From Gammaproteobacteria bacterium (GTDB lineage Bacteria > Pseudomonadota > Gammaproteobacteria > Arenicellales > Poriferihabitantaceae): DNA of 64,000 nucleotides. The notes beneath the pieces are model-generated. The model was not told the origin of the DNA and made no database searches. It saw only the letters and a program-made list of their open reading frames with translations. Positions 20,381 to 29,813 of the stretch are shown piece by piece. Within the stretch, counting starts at the first letter, position 1; every line of letters starts with the position of its first letter. The stretch is taken from NCBI GenBank assembly GCA_022827325.1, contig JAJDTE010000018.1:7410-71409 (forward strand), in the 5' to 3' direction. The position numbers were made by a program, and so were the translations under genes.

Positions 20381-20714
20381 TCGGTTCCTGGTTGTCGGAC
20401 GGCTTGGCTATATACCCCGCTGTATCCCGCCCGAGACCCCGCATCCTGCAGGAAACCATGTTCTTGGATGGCACGATGATCATGGGAATACACGTTGTAT
20501 CCGGGTCATTGTACCGCATGCGCGCGGCCGGGAATCCATTGGCGCCGGGCATGATCAGGTTCATCCGCACGGCGGGCGGACGCTCCCTGGGTGCCACGGC
20601 CGTCGCGTCCCGCGCAGCGCCAGCGGACAATGCCAGCCCCCGATCAGAACGGTGCGGGTCAGGTGCCGCCGATGGGGTAAACGTCGGCTTGTATCCACCG
20701 GTCCGCATCCTCAT
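20358..20714 (-). CDS. PilH-like single-domain receiver, degenerate (pseudo-receiver or pseudogene)
   Basis: The C-terminal two-thirds aligns to PilH (MNLIMPGANGF / DPDTTCIPMIIVPSK / GYIAKP). The phospho-Asp position is Asn and the N-terminal DD pocket is absent. There are many A/T-ending codons. Confidence 0.55.
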   Translation of the reverse strand: MRMRTGGYKPTFTPSAAPDPHRSDRGLALSAGAARDATAVAPRERPPAVRMNLIMPGANGFPAARMRYNDPDTTCIPMIIVPSKNMVSCRMRGLGRDTAGYIAKPSDNQEPIESRESA

Positions 20715-20894
20715 AGTGCAGATATCTCATCACCGTGGATGATCCGCAGAGCCTGTGACCTACAGGCGAGCACCTCGTCATCTAATCGTAGACTGTCGAG
20801 CTGTTCCGTGAACCATTCCTCCAGTATCTCCTCACGGGTGTATGTCTCCGGGCGTTTTCCCTTGGCACTGCCGCAGTGGTTCCAGATAATCCAT
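20711..20894 (-). pseudogene. Orphan, frame-broken small ORF with foreign codon usage between pilG and the pilH-like gene
   Basis: ATG 20894 has AAGGA 7 nt upstream but opens only a 20-codon frame (MDYLEPLRQCQGKTPGDIHP*). The +1 frame carries a 60-codon startless ORF (...AKGKRPETYTREEILEEWFTEQLDSLRLDDEVLACRSQALRIIHGDEISAL*). Its TGA overlaps the pilH-like ATG as ATGA. The two frames would join if the A4 run at 20855-20858 were A3. Confidence 0.3.
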
Positions 20895-20969
20895 TAAGTA
20901 TTCCTTGAGTTTGTCCGATCTGGTGACGATAATATAGGTAGCTCATCTGCCATGTGTAGAAGGAGCAAC

Positions 20970-20993
20970 GAAGCCGTCCTTCGGGGCGGCTTC
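20970..20993 (-). terminator. Hairpin downstream of pilG
   Basis: gaagccgtcc-ttcg-gggcggcttc, a 10-bp stem including one G-U pair, 39 nt after the pilG stop. The tail is only moderately T-rich. Confidence 0.45.
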
Positions 20994-21031
20994 AGCCTTT
21001 CTGGGCATTGACCCTTTTCCTGCAATATTCC

Positions 21032-21421
21032 TCATATTCCTTCTGTAATCTGCGCTGCCTGAACGGCGTATTGTTCCACCGCATCCAGAAGTTCGGTCTC
21101 GCCGACCGGTTTACTGATATGACCCTCGGCGCCAACGATCTTGCCGCGGGCGCGGTCAAACGGACCGCTCTTGCTGGATACCATGACGACCGGTATCCCG
21201 CCGTGATGCCTGCTGTTCTTCACCAGCGAGCAGGTCTGGTAGCCGTCGATCCTGGGCATCAGAATGTCGACAAACAGGAGGTCGGGTTGAAAATCCGCTA
21301 TTTTCGCGATCGCCTCGAACCCGTCCATTGCCGTGGCCACCTCATGCCCCGCTCCCTCGAGCACCCCGCTTGCCTGGCGCAGGATGGTCTGGCTGTCATC
21401 CACCACCAGGATTCTCTTCAT
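21032..21421 (-). CDS. pilG: Response regulator PilG (CheY-like)
   Basis: MKRILVVDDSQTI...DGFEAIAKIADFQPDLLFVDILMPRIDGYQTC...VVMVSSK...ISKP, a close match to Pseudomonas PilG. Confidence 0.92.
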   Translation of the reverse strand: MKRILVVDDSQTILRQASGVLEGAGHEVATAMDGFEAIAKIADFQPDLLFVDILMPRIDGYQTCSLVKNSRHHGGIPVVMVSSKSGPFDRARGKIVGAEGHISKPVGETELLDAVEQYAVQAAQITEGI

Positions 21422-21630
21422 GCAGGCATTCTCCCTGGTCCGGACCGGGGCAGCGTCACGCCGGACAAACCGGTCCCGGGGCGATCAGCGGGGCGCCAGA
21501 TCCCGTTCCCATGCTGCATTGCGCGACTTCCCTACCTGTCAACAGACCATCTCCGTTTTGTATGATAAATTAATAGGTTATAATAACTTACATCATCGAA
21601 AATGAACAGGTTCGACCACCCATTCGACGC
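21422..21630. promoter_or_regulatory. Divergent pilG / tonB intergenic region with an AT-rich core
   Basis: A 209-bp gap between divergent starts contains tgtatgataaattaataggttataataacttacatcatcgaaaatg. No promoter hexamers could be assigned with confidence. Confidence 0.4.
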
Positions 21631-22458
21631 GTGACCAGGGATACCAGCCCATTGCCGTCCGGCCGGCGCAGGCAGTACCGGTCCCGGGGGCGTTTCGGCT
21701 GGGTTCTGCTGGTCTCGCTGCTGGTGCACAGCATCCTTGTTCTCGGCATTTCATTCGTCATGCCCTCCCAGGCGGGAAACCGGAGCTTCGCGCCTTCCAT
21801 GAAAATCATGCTGGTCTCCACACCCACCGAGACCGCGCCGGATGATACCAACACGCTGGCCCAGAGCAACAGCCTGGGTGCGGACGACGGGGCGGAGCCC
21901 CTGCGGCTGTCCATGGATGCGGGCGCCAGGCTGGTGGAACAGCTCGAACGGGAACAGCTGCTGCTCGAGCAGCAGGTCAATGCCTGGCTCTCGTCCGAGC
22001 CCAGGGCCGACGCCGCCGACATCCCGGTCATGGATCAAGCTGACCGGGACGCCCTGATGAAGCGCATCGATACCGCCTTCCTCAACGCCCAGGCGAATCC
22101 CAGGGAGCGGTTCGTGCACGCCAACTCAAGAGTCTCGGATCTGGCGCCCTACCTGGAGAACTGGCGGATGGTCGTGGAACGCGTGGGCAACCTGAACTAT
22201 CCGGATGCCGCCAGGAAGCAGCAACTGGAAGGCGAACTCGTGCTGGACGTGGCGGTGCGCGCCGATGGTTCCGTTGCCGACATCAAGATTCTCAGATCCT
22301 CCGGCCAGAAAATTCTCGACGACGGTGCCGTACGCATAGTCCGGATGGCCGCGCCTTTCGATGAAATTCCGGAAAGCCTGCGCCGGGACTATGATATCCT
22401 GCACATTATCCGGACCTGGAGATTCAGTCACAACACGCTTGCAGATGTCACCCGTTGA
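21631..22458 (+). CDS. tonB: TonB-family energy transducer (TonB3-like)
   Basis: GTG start and an N-terminal TM helix (WVLLVSLLVHSILVLGISFV). C-terminal TonB domain YPDAARKQQLEGELVLDVAVRADGSVADIKILRSSGQKILDDGAVRIV. Confidence 0.85.
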   Translation: MTRDTSPLPSGRRRQYRSRGRFGWVLLVSLLVHSILVLGISFVMPSQAGNRSFAPSMKIMLVSTPTETAPDDTNTLAQSNSLGADDGAEPLRLSMDAGARLVEQLEREQLLLEQQVNAWLSSEPRADAADIPVMDQADRDALMKRIDTAFLNAQANPRERFVHANSRVSDLAPYLENWRMVVERVGNLNYPDAARKQQLEGELVLDVAVRADGSVADIKILRSSGQKILDDGAVRIVRMAAPFDEIPESLRRDYDILHIIRTWRFSHNTLADVTR

Positions 22459-22488
22459 CTGGCCGGTCCACCGGACCTGCGGATCATC

Positions 22489-23055
22489 ATGACAGACGGT
22501 TACCTTACCAATCATTTCCTGGTCTCCATGCCGCAGTTCATGGATGACAATTTCGCCCGTACCGTGACGTTGATCTGCCAGCACGATGCCGACGGGGCCC
22601 TGGGAATCGTGGTCAACCGGCTCAGCGCGCATACCCTCGGCGAGATCTACCAGCAACTGAACATCCGGGTGGCGGATCGTCACAGTGCGGCCCAGCCGGT
22701 GTTCGAGGGCGGTCCCGTGCATCGCGAATTCGGGCTGGTCGTGCACAGCCTGGAACCCGACCGGCACTGGGAGTCCACCCTCCGGATCAGTGACGGCCTC
22801 GCGCTTACCAGTTCCCGGGACATCCTGGTGGACATGGCACGGGGCGCCGGTCCCCGGGAGTCCCTGATGAGCCTCGGTTACGCCGGCTGGGGTCCGGGGC
22901 AGCTCGAGCAGGAAATCCTGCAGAACGCCTGGTTCAGCACGCCGGTGGAACGGCGGATACTGTTCGACACCCGGGTGGAAGACAAGTGGAATCATGCCGC
23001 CTCGATCATCGGCATGGACCTGAACAAGCTGACCGGCCAGGTGGGCCACGCGTGA
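22489..23055 (+). CDS. yqgE: YqgE/AlgH family protein (UPF0301)
   Basis: LTNHFLVSMPQFMDDNFARTVTLICQHDADGALGIVVNR...GGPV...GYAGWGPGQLE. Confidence 0.88.
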   Translation: MTDGYLTNHFLVSMPQFMDDNFARTVTLICQHDADGALGIVVNRLSAHTLGEIYQQLNIRVADRHSAAQPVFEGGPVHREFGLVVHSLEPDRHWESTLRISDGLALTSSRDILVDMARGAGPRESLMSLGYAGWGPGQLEQEILQNAWFSTPVERRILFDTRVEDKWNHAASIIGMDLNKLTGQVGHA

Positions 23056-23498
23056 AGGGTCGGGTTCTCGGCTTCGACTTCGGTCACAAACGGATCGGAA
23101 CCGCCAGTGGCAATCGCACCACCGGCACCACCGCGCCGCTTGAAACCGTCGCGGCCACGAGCCAGGGCCCGGACTGGCCACGGCTGGTGGACCTGGTGCA
23201 CACATGGCGGGCGGATGAACTGGTGGTCGGGCTGCCCCTGCACATGGACGGCAGCGAGAGCCATCTCAGCCGTGAGGCCAGGCGTTTCGGGGACGAACTC
23301 GCCAACCGCACCGGCCTGCCCGTGGCCCTGGTGGACGAACGGTTGAGCTCCAGCGAGGCCGACCATGTCCTCACGCTCGGATCGACCCCCGGAAAGTCCC
23401 GTCAGCGACGGCGTCTGGCCCACAGGGACAGCATCGCGGCGGAGTTGATTGTCAGGACCTATCTGGCGGACAATCCGGCCCCGACATGCAACCGATAG
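23052..23498 (+). CDS. ruvX: Holliday-junction resolvase-like RuvX (YqgF)
   Basis: GTG 23052 overlaps the yqgE stop as GTGA. Sequence VKGRVLGFDFGHKRIGTA...LVVGLPLHMDGSES...VDERLSS. Confidence 0.88.
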   Translation: MKGRVLGFDFGHKRIGTASGNRTTGTTAPLETVAATSQGPDWPRLVDLVHTWRADELVVGLPLHMDGSESHLSREARRFGDELANRTGLPVALVDERLSSSEADHVLTLGSTPGKSRQRRRLAHRDSIAAELIVRTYLADNPAPTCNR

Positions 23499-23986
23499 CG
23501 CTGGAGCCGATTCTCGCCCGCATGGACCAGGAAATCCGGGACCTGGCCATGAACGATCCGCTGATGATCGGTATCCATACCGGGGGGGCATGGATCGCGG
23601 AACGCCTGCACCGCTCTCTCGCCATCGACTCGCCCCTGTGCAGCCTAGACATTTCCTTCTACCGCGATGATTTCAGCCGGGTGGGACTGAATCCCAGGGT
23701 CCGGTCCTCCTCCCTGCCGGCCGACGTGGAGGGCCGGGAGGTGATCCTGGTCGACGACGTGCTCTATACCGGCCGCACCATCCGCGCCGCCCTCAATGAA
23801 ATCTTCTCCTGGGGACGGCCATCCCTGGTACGGCTGGCTGTCGCGCTGGACCGTCCCGCACGGGAATTGCCGGTACAGGCGGACGTGGTTGGACGAAAGA
23901 TCGAGCTTGACGCCGACAAGCAGGCCAAGATCACGCGGGACGGCAGCGGTGTCCTGAATTTTGAGATCGTGACCAGGGTCCCATGA
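23486..23986 (+). CDS. pyrR: Bifunctional pyrimidine regulator / uracil phosphoribosyltransferase PyrR
   Basis: PRPP motif [18 protein letters not shown]. Length 166 aa. Lies directly upstream of pyrB. Confidence 0.9.
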   Translation: MQPIALEPILARMDQEIRDLAMNDPLMIGIHTGGAWIAERLHRSLAIDSPLCSLDISFYRDDFSRVGLNPRVRSSSLPADVEGREVILVDDVLYTGRTIRAALNEIFSWGRPSLVRLAVALDRPARELPVQADVVGRKIELDADKQAKITRDGSGVLNFEIVTRVP

Positions 23987-24987
23987 GCGACAGCCGTCCG
24001 ATTCCCTCCGACAGCGCGATACAGTTCGATTCGCATGGCAGGCTGCGTCATTTCCTGACCATTCACGGCATGCCCCGGGAAACCCTGCTGGGCATTCTCG
24101 ACACCGCCGAGTCTTTCATCAGCTTCGGCCAGCGGGAAATCCGCAAGGTCCCGCTGCTCAGGGGAAAGACGCTGGTCAACCTGTTTTTCGAGCCCAGCAC
24201 CCGGACCCGCACCACCTTTGAGATCGCGGCCAAGCGATTGTCCGCGGATGTCATCAACCTGAGCGCAACCAGGATGTCCACCTCGAAGGGGGAAACCATC
24301 CTGGACACGGTGCGCACCCTGGAAGCCATGCATACCGACATGTTCGTGGTGCGGGATTCGGCCAGCGGTTCGTCCCACCTGATCGCCAGCCACCTGCCGC
24401 CCCACGTCCGGGTGATCAATGCCGGTGACGGCCGCCATGCCCACCCCACCCAGGCCATGCTGGACATGTTCACCATCCGCCGGGAGAAAGGCGGGTTCGA
24501 GGGACTCCGTGTCGCCATCATCGGCGACATTCTCCACTCCCGGGTGGCGCGGTCCCAGATTCACGCCCTCGGCACCCTCGGGGTGGACGAGATCCGGGTG
24601 ATCGGCCCCCGCACCCTGATCCCGACGGAAATCGAGGCCATGGGGGTCCGGGCTTTCTCCGACATGCGGGCAGGGCTCAGGGACGTGGATGTCATCATGA
24701 TGCTGCGTCTCCAGCGGGAACGGATGGAAGGACAGCTGGTCCCCAGCGAACAGGAATACTTCAGCCGTTACGGCCTCACCGAGGACAAGCTCAATCTTGC
24801 CAGTCCCGATGCCATCGTCATGCACCCGGGCCCCATCAACCGGGGACTGGAGATCTCCTCCAGCGTCGCGGACGGGGAAAAGTCGGTGATACTCTCCCAG
24901 GTCACGAACGGCATCGCCGTCCGGATGTCCATCATGGCCACGCTGATGGGGGGGACGGACCGGGAGAACGGACCGGTGACGCCATGA
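23983..24987 (+). CDS. pyrB: Aspartate carbamoyltransferase catalytic chain
   Basis: [21 protein letters not shown] and HPGPINRG motifs. ATGA overlap with pyrR. Confidence 0.95.
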   Translation: MSDSRPIPSDSAIQFDSHGRLRHFLTIHGMPRETLLGILDTAESFISFGQREIRKVPLLRGKTLVNLFFEPSTRTRTTFEIAAKRLSADVINLSATRMSTSKGETILDTVRTLEAMHTDMFVVRDSASGSSHLIASHLPPHVRVINAGDGRHAHPTQAMLDMFTIRREKGGFEGLRVAIIGDILHSRVARSQIHALGTLGVDEIRVIGPRTLIPTEIEAMGVRAFSDMRAGLRDVDVIMMLRLQRERMEGQLVPSEQEYFSRYGLTEDKLNLASPDAIVMHPGPINRGLEISSSVADGEKSVILSQVTNGIAVRMSIMATLMGGTDRENGPVTP

Positions 24988-26267
24988 AGATTCTGATCAC
25001 CGGCGGTCATGTCGTGGACCCGGCCAACGAGGTGGACCGGGAGGCGGATGTTGGCATCGCCGATGGCCGCATCCGGTTTGTCGGAGACGCTGAACCGGGA
25101 TTCAGCCCCGACCGGACCATCAACGCCTCCGGGCGCTGGGTGCTGCCCGGACTGGTGGACCTGTGCGCCCGCCTCCGGGAACCCGGCGAGGAACAGAAGG
25201 CCACCATCGCCAGCGAAACCGCCGCTGCCGCCGCCGGCGGGATCACCGGCCTGGTCTGTCCTCCGGACACCTGGCCTGTCGTCGACACGCCTGCCATGGC
25301 CAACATGATCCGTGACCGGGCCGAGTCCGGCGGCTTCAGCAGGGTCCATCCCCTGGGGGCCCTGACGGTGGGGCTGGCCGGAGAGCGGCTCACGGACATG
25401 GCCATGCTCGCGGATGCGGGATGCGTCGGGGTCAGCAATGGCCTGAGAGCGGTGGAGAATACGCTGATCATGCGCCGTGCGATGCAGTATGCCTCCACAT
25501 TCGACATTCCCGTGTTCCTGAGCCCGCAGGACCCCTGGCTCATGGGCAACGGGGTGGTTCACGAGGGCGAGATCAGCACCCGGCTCGGATTGCCCGCCAT
25601 ACCGGAAGCCGCGGAAACCGTGGGGGTAGCCCGTGACCTCGCCTTGATCGAGACCAGCGGGGCCAGGTCGCACATCAGTCTGCTGTCCTGTGCGCGCTCC
25701 GTCGGCATGGTCCGGGAGGCCAGGGAGTCCGGCCTGCCGGTGAGCGTCAGCGTGGCGATTCACCAGTTGCTTCTGACCGAGCGGAACATCGGTGCGTTCG
25801 ACACCCGGTACAAGGTCATACCGCCGCTGCGCACCGAAACGGACAGGGATGCGCTGGTCGAGGGTGTCCTGGACGGCACCATCGACGTGATCTGCTCGGA
25901 TCATCAACCCCACGGCGCGGACGCCAAGCTGGCCCCGTTCGGCGAGGCGGCCACGGGTATTGCCGGCCTGGAAAGCCTGCTGCCCCTGACACTGTCTCTG
26001 GTGCGGTCCGGCGTACTGCCCCGCAGCAGGGCCGTCGCCGCCCTGACCGCCAGTCCCGCCCGGGTGATCGGAATCGACGCCGGGCACCTGACCCCCGGCG
26101 GCCGGGCGGACATCTGTGTCGTCGACCCTGAGCACCGTTGGCGGTTCATGCCGGAGACCATGAAAAGCCGCGGCCGGAATTCCCCGTTCATCGGGGAGGA
26201 ACTCACGGGTCGGGTGGAGATGACCCTCGCCTCGGGAAGGCCGACATTCGAACTGGAAACGCCCTGA
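24984..26267 (+). CDS. pyrC: Dihydroorotase-like protein, probably the non-catalytic PyrC' type
   Basis: Amidohydrolase fold (427 aa). The N-terminal metal motif D-x-H-x-H is replaced: [14 protein letters not shown]. Overlaps the pyrB stop. Confidence 0.8.
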   Translation: MKILITGGHVVDPANEVDREADVGIADGRIRFVGDAEPGFSPDRTINASGRWVLPGLVDLCARLREPGEEQKATIASETAAAAAGGITGLVCPPDTWPVVDTPAMANMIRDRAESGGFSRVHPLGALTVGLAGERLTDMAMLADAGCVGVSNGLRAVENTLIMRRAMQYASTFDIPVFLSPQDPWLMGNGVVHEGEISTRLGLPAIPEAAETVGVARDLALIETSGARSHISLLSCARSVGMVREARESGLPVSVSVAIHQLLLTERNIGAFDTRYKVIPPLRTETDRDALVEGVLDGTIDVICSDHQPHGADAKLAPFGEAATGIAGLESLLPLTLSLVRSGVLPRSRAVAALTASPARVIGIDAGHLTPGGRADICVVDPEHRWRFMPETMKSRGRNSPFIGEELTGRVEMTLASGRPTFELETP

Positions 26268-26432
26268 AGCCGGGAAGGATTGAATCGGGCGGCCCACGGA
26301 CGCATATCCTTATCCATGCCAGGGCAGAAAATTCCCCTGTAAATGTTACGATAAGTTAATCCGCTGTTCAGATTGCAGCAAGCCGGCGCTTGCTACCGTG
26401 ACGCCATACAATCTGATGATCGAGGTATTGAA

Positions 26433-27944
26433 TTGAACAACCAAGCTGCTTTCCTGAAACCGGCGGGACGCAATGCCGGCGTGGCGATGCTGTCCCTGTT
26501 TCTCCTGTGGTTCACGCTGCCGACCTTGGTCATGGCCGATGCCGACCATGTGGCCGCCAATCTGCCGGAAGTGAACATCGTGGATGGATTCGCGGAACTG
26601 GTGGAGGCGGTAAAACCGGCGGTGGTCAACATCTCGGTAACCGGCACGGTCACTTCCACCAGACGCCTGCCGAATTTCCGCAACCAGTCGCCGGAACTGG
26701 AAGAGTTCTTCAAGCGCTTCTTCGGCGACGAGTTCGAAATGCCCGGCGGCGACGGCGGCGACGGAGCCCCCTATGAACGGAAAACCACGGCCGTGGGATC
26801 GGGTTTCATCATCGACCCGGAAGGACTGGTGGTCACCAACTACCATGTCATTGAAGACGCCGATGAAATCGAGGTGGTGTTCGATGACGGCACACGGGTT
26901 CCGGCAAGGCTGCGGGGGACGGACGGCAAAACCGATCTCGCCCTGCTGGAGATCGACGGCGATACGCCCTTCCCCTACGTGATCTTCGGTGATTCGGAGA
27001 AGGCCAGGGTGGGTGACTGGGTGGTTGCCATCGGCAATCCCTTCGGCCTCGGCGGCACCACCACGAAGGGCATCATATCGGCCCGTGGCCGGGATATCCG
27101 CTCGGGGCCGCTGGATGATTTCATCCAGATTGACGCCCCGATCAACCGCGGCAATTCCGGGGGCCCGCTGTTCAACATGAAGGGCGAGGTCATCGGCATC
27201 AACAGTGCGATCTTCTCACCCAACGGCGGGAGCGTGGGTATCGGCTTCGCGATTCCTTCCGCCATGGCGAGCAACGTCGTCAGCCAGCTGCAGAACACGG
27301 GTTCGGTCCAGCGCGGCTACCTCGGTGTTCAGATACAGTCGGTGAATGACGATATTGCCGACAGCCTGGGACTGGACCAGGCCCGGGGGGCGCTGGTGAC
27401 CCAGGTAATCGAGGGCAGCCCGGCGAAAGCGGCCGGCCTCAAAGCCGGAGACGTGATCCTCAGCTTCGACGGCAAGGACATACCGCGTATGCGGGAGTTG
27501 CCCAAGATCGTCGCACTGACCGAAATGAACAAGGAAGTGGACGTGGTGGTCTGGCGGGATGAGAAGGAGATGACCATCCGGGTTTCAGTCGGCGGCAACA
27601 GTGACGGCACAACCGCCGGACCCGTCAACGGCAGCGACGAATCCGAGGCGGGGAAACTGGGGCTCAGGCTGGGTCAGCTGGATGACAACGCCAGGGAACA
27701 GTTCAGCATTCCCGAAGGCAGCAGCGGCGTGCTCATCACCGAAGTGGCACCCGACAGCCCGGCCGCTGAACGCGGCCTGGCGCGCGGCGAACTGATCACC
27801 AAGGTCGGCAACAGCGATGTGGAAACACCCGAAGGGGTGCAGGAGGCCATCAGGCAGGCCATCGACGACGGCAAGAAGTCCGTGCTGATGCTGGTCGAAC
27901 GGGAAGGCCGGGTCCGTTACGTGGCGATACCGCTGGACGGGTAG
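26433..27944 (+). CDS. degP: Periplasmic serine endoprotease DegP/HtrA (Do family, two PDZ domains)
   Basis: TTG 26433 has GAGG 7 nt upstream and gives a signal peptide. Motifs: TNYHV, DLALLE and the catalytic GNSGGPL. Two PDZ-like segments. The maximal ORF starts at 26373. Confidence 0.9.
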   Translation: MNNQAAFLKPAGRNAGVAMLSLFLLWFTLPTLVMADADHVAANLPEVNIVDGFAELVEAVKPAVVNISVTGTVTSTRRLPNFRNQSPELEEFFKRFFGDEFEMPGGDGGDGAPYERKTTAVGSGFIIDPEGLVVTNYHVIEDADEIEVVFDDGTRVPARLRGTDGKTDLALLEIDGDTPFPYVIFGDSEKARVGDWVVAIGNPFGLGGTTTKGIISARGRDIRSGPLDDFIQIDAPINRGNSGGPLFNMKGEVIGINSAIFSPNGGSVGIGFAIPSAMASNVVSQLQNTGSVQRGYLGVQIQSVNDDIADSLGLDQARGALVTQVIEGSPAKAAGLKAGDVILSFDGKDIPRMRELPKIVALTEMNKEVDVVVWRDEKEMTIRVSVGGNSDGTTAGPVNGSDESEAGKLGLRLGQLDDNAREQFSIPEGSSGVLITEVAPDSPAAERGLARGELITKVGNSDVETPEGVQEAIRQAIDDGKKSVLMLVEREGRVRYVAIPLDG

Positions 27945-27977
27945 TCCGGTTCACCCCCCGTTGCCATGAACCAGGTG

Positions 27978-28001
27978 AACGCCGCGGCATGCCGCGGCGT
28001 T
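27978..28001 (+). terminator. Rho-independent-type terminator after degP
   Basis: Perfect 12+12 palindrome aacgccgcggca|tgccgcggcgtt followed by tgat. Confidence 0.6.
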
Positions 28002-28058
28002 TGATCCCTTGCGGTACCGCGCCACCAAACAGCGTCCGGATTTCCGTACAATGTCGAC

Positions 28059-28880
28059 ATGAACAAGCCCGTGACGCCCCCGGCAGCCCATGCCATGATC
28101 TGGCAGTCAATGCGCTCGGAAGTGGAGCAGCTGATTGCGGGTGAAGCCATCCTTGCCCATTTCGCCCAGTCCGTGGTGCTCGACCATCCGGACTTCGAGC
28201 ATGCGCTGGCATCGCTGCTGTCCCAGAAGCTCGAATGCCCGATCCTGCCGAGGGAGTACTTCAAGCGGGTCGCGTTGCATGCGCTGACGGACGAACCATC
28301 CATCGGCGACTCCGCCCGGGAGGACCTGGCCGCCGTCTGTGACCGCGACCCGGCCTGCAACCGCTACTCCGAACCCTTTCTCTACTACAAGGGCTACCAG
28401 GGACTCCAGGCCTACCGTATCGCCCACTGGCTGTGGCAGCATGAACGCCGCGACCTGGCGCTCTTCCTGCAGGGCCGGATGAGTGAGATCTTCGCCATGG
28501 ACATCCATCCCGCCGCCCGCATCGGCTGCGGCATCCTCATCGACCATGCCCATGCCATTGTCATCGGTGAAACCGCGGTGGTGGGGGACAATGTCTCCAT
28601 GCTGCATGAGGTCACCCTGGGCGGTACCGGAAAGGAGGCCGGGGACCGGCACCCGAAAATCTCCAGCGGGGTGCTGATCGGGGCCGGTGCCAAGATCCTC
28701 GGCAACGTCAGGATCGGGGAAGGCGCCAAGATCGGCGCCGGCAGCGTGGTGCTGAATGATGTCAGGTCGCATTCCACGGTAGCCGGTGTGCCGGCAAGGC
28801 CGGTGGGGGACTGCTCCAGCAGCCAGCCGGCCCTGGACATGGACCACACCCTGGACGGGGAAGAGTCGGATCAGCCCTGA
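28059..28880 (+). CDS. cysE: Serine O-acetyltransferase
   Basis: Hexapeptide repeats (IHPAARIGCGILIDHAHAIVIGETAVVGDNVSMLHEVTLGG...) and a SATase N-terminal helical domain. Confidence 0.9.
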   Translation: MNKPVTPPAAHAMIWQSMRSEVEQLIAGEAILAHFAQSVVLDHPDFEHALASLLSQKLECPILPREYFKRVALHALTDEPSIGDSAREDLAAVCDRDPACNRYSEPFLYYKGYQGLQAYRIAHWLWQHERRDLALFLQGRMSEIFAMDIHPAARIGCGILIDHAHAIVIGETAVVGDNVSMLHEVTLGGTGKEAGDRHPKISSGVLIGAGAKILGNVRIGEGAKIGAGSVVLNDVRSHSTVAGVPARPVGDCSSSQPALDMDHTLDGEESDQP

Positions 28881-29057
28881 AGAAAGCGGGGTCCTGTCCG
28901 GAATCGGCACCGGGCCGATGCAAACCCGGCGGTCGTCGTTGTCCGCGAATCCGGGGTACGGTATGCGGCCACGAACAGGCCACCACCGCCATCGCCCGCG
29001 GCATGAACCGGCCGTTGTCCCGTCAGGGTGACCGGCGACGACCCCGGTGCCGGTGCT

Positions 29058-29681
29058 TCAGAAGGATGACCCGGGCTGGGTGAGAAATTCCGTCTCCTCA
29101 TCGGTGGACTCCCTGCCGAGGATGGCGTTGCGGTGCGGGAAGCGGCCGAAGCGCTCGATGATCTCCCAGTGCCGGCGGGCAAAATCCAGGTTCATCCCGA
29201 ACATCTCCCGGTCTTCGGGATCCGCCTGCTCCGCCAGGGCACCGAACAGTTCCATGGATTTGTCCTGCATCGCGAGGTCCTCGCTGTGTTCAAACGGCAA
29301 GTAGGCGAATACCCGCTGAATCGGCTGCAGTTCCAGGTGGGTGCCGGCGGCGACCATCTCCTCGGCCATTGCCAGCGCCGCCGTGTCAAAGGCGAAGGAT
29401 TCCGCCCTGCCCCGGTACATGTTCCGGGGAAACTGGTCACAGCAGATGATACTGGCCAGCATGCCCCGGGGCGCCTCCCGCCAATGGTCGAGCCGGCCGT
29501 CAAATACCGCCCGGGTCACCGATTCGAACCTGGTCCGGATTTCCAGGTCCACATCGTCATTCTTGCCGAACCAGACGGGTTGACGTTCGTCGCTGATCTC
29601 CTTGGCGGTCACACCGTGACCGAACCAGAAGGTCAGTATGCTGTCGATGGTTTCAACCATGGATTCGGATGACATGAGCAC
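29058..29681 (-). CDS. DUF924 family protein
   Basis: ILTFWFG...WFGKNDDVDLEIRTRF...CDQFPRNMYRG..., the typical DUF924 pattern. Confidence 0.75.
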   Translation of the reverse strand: MLMSSESMVETIDSILTFWFGHGVTAKEISDERQPVWFGKNDDVDLEIRTRFESVTRAVFDGRLDHWREAPRGMLASIICCDQFPRNMYRGRAESFAFDTAALAMAEEMVAAGTHLELQPIQRVFAYLPFEHSEDLAMQDKSMELFGALAEQADPEDREMFGMNLDFARRHWEIIERFGRFPHRNAILGRESTDEETEFLTQPGSSF

Positions 29682-29813
29682 TCCGCTGCGAACTTGATAG
29701 AATAGGCCGATTGACTTGACGCCCCGGCGGGGCTTTCGAGGGCCGCCACCCTACCATAACCACCGAGATTTTTTCCACCGGCTTCCTGCCCGCGCCCTGA
29801 CCGATCGGACAAT

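Noticed and set aside
20855-20861. GGGAAAA (minus strand) as a programmed -1 ribosomal frameshift heptamer within the pilG-pilH wedge.
   Set aside because: A -1 slip from the long frame enters the short frame, which terminates after a few codons. Joining the ATG frame to the long frame needs a +1 shift, so a simple homopolymer indel or pseudogene is more parsimonious.
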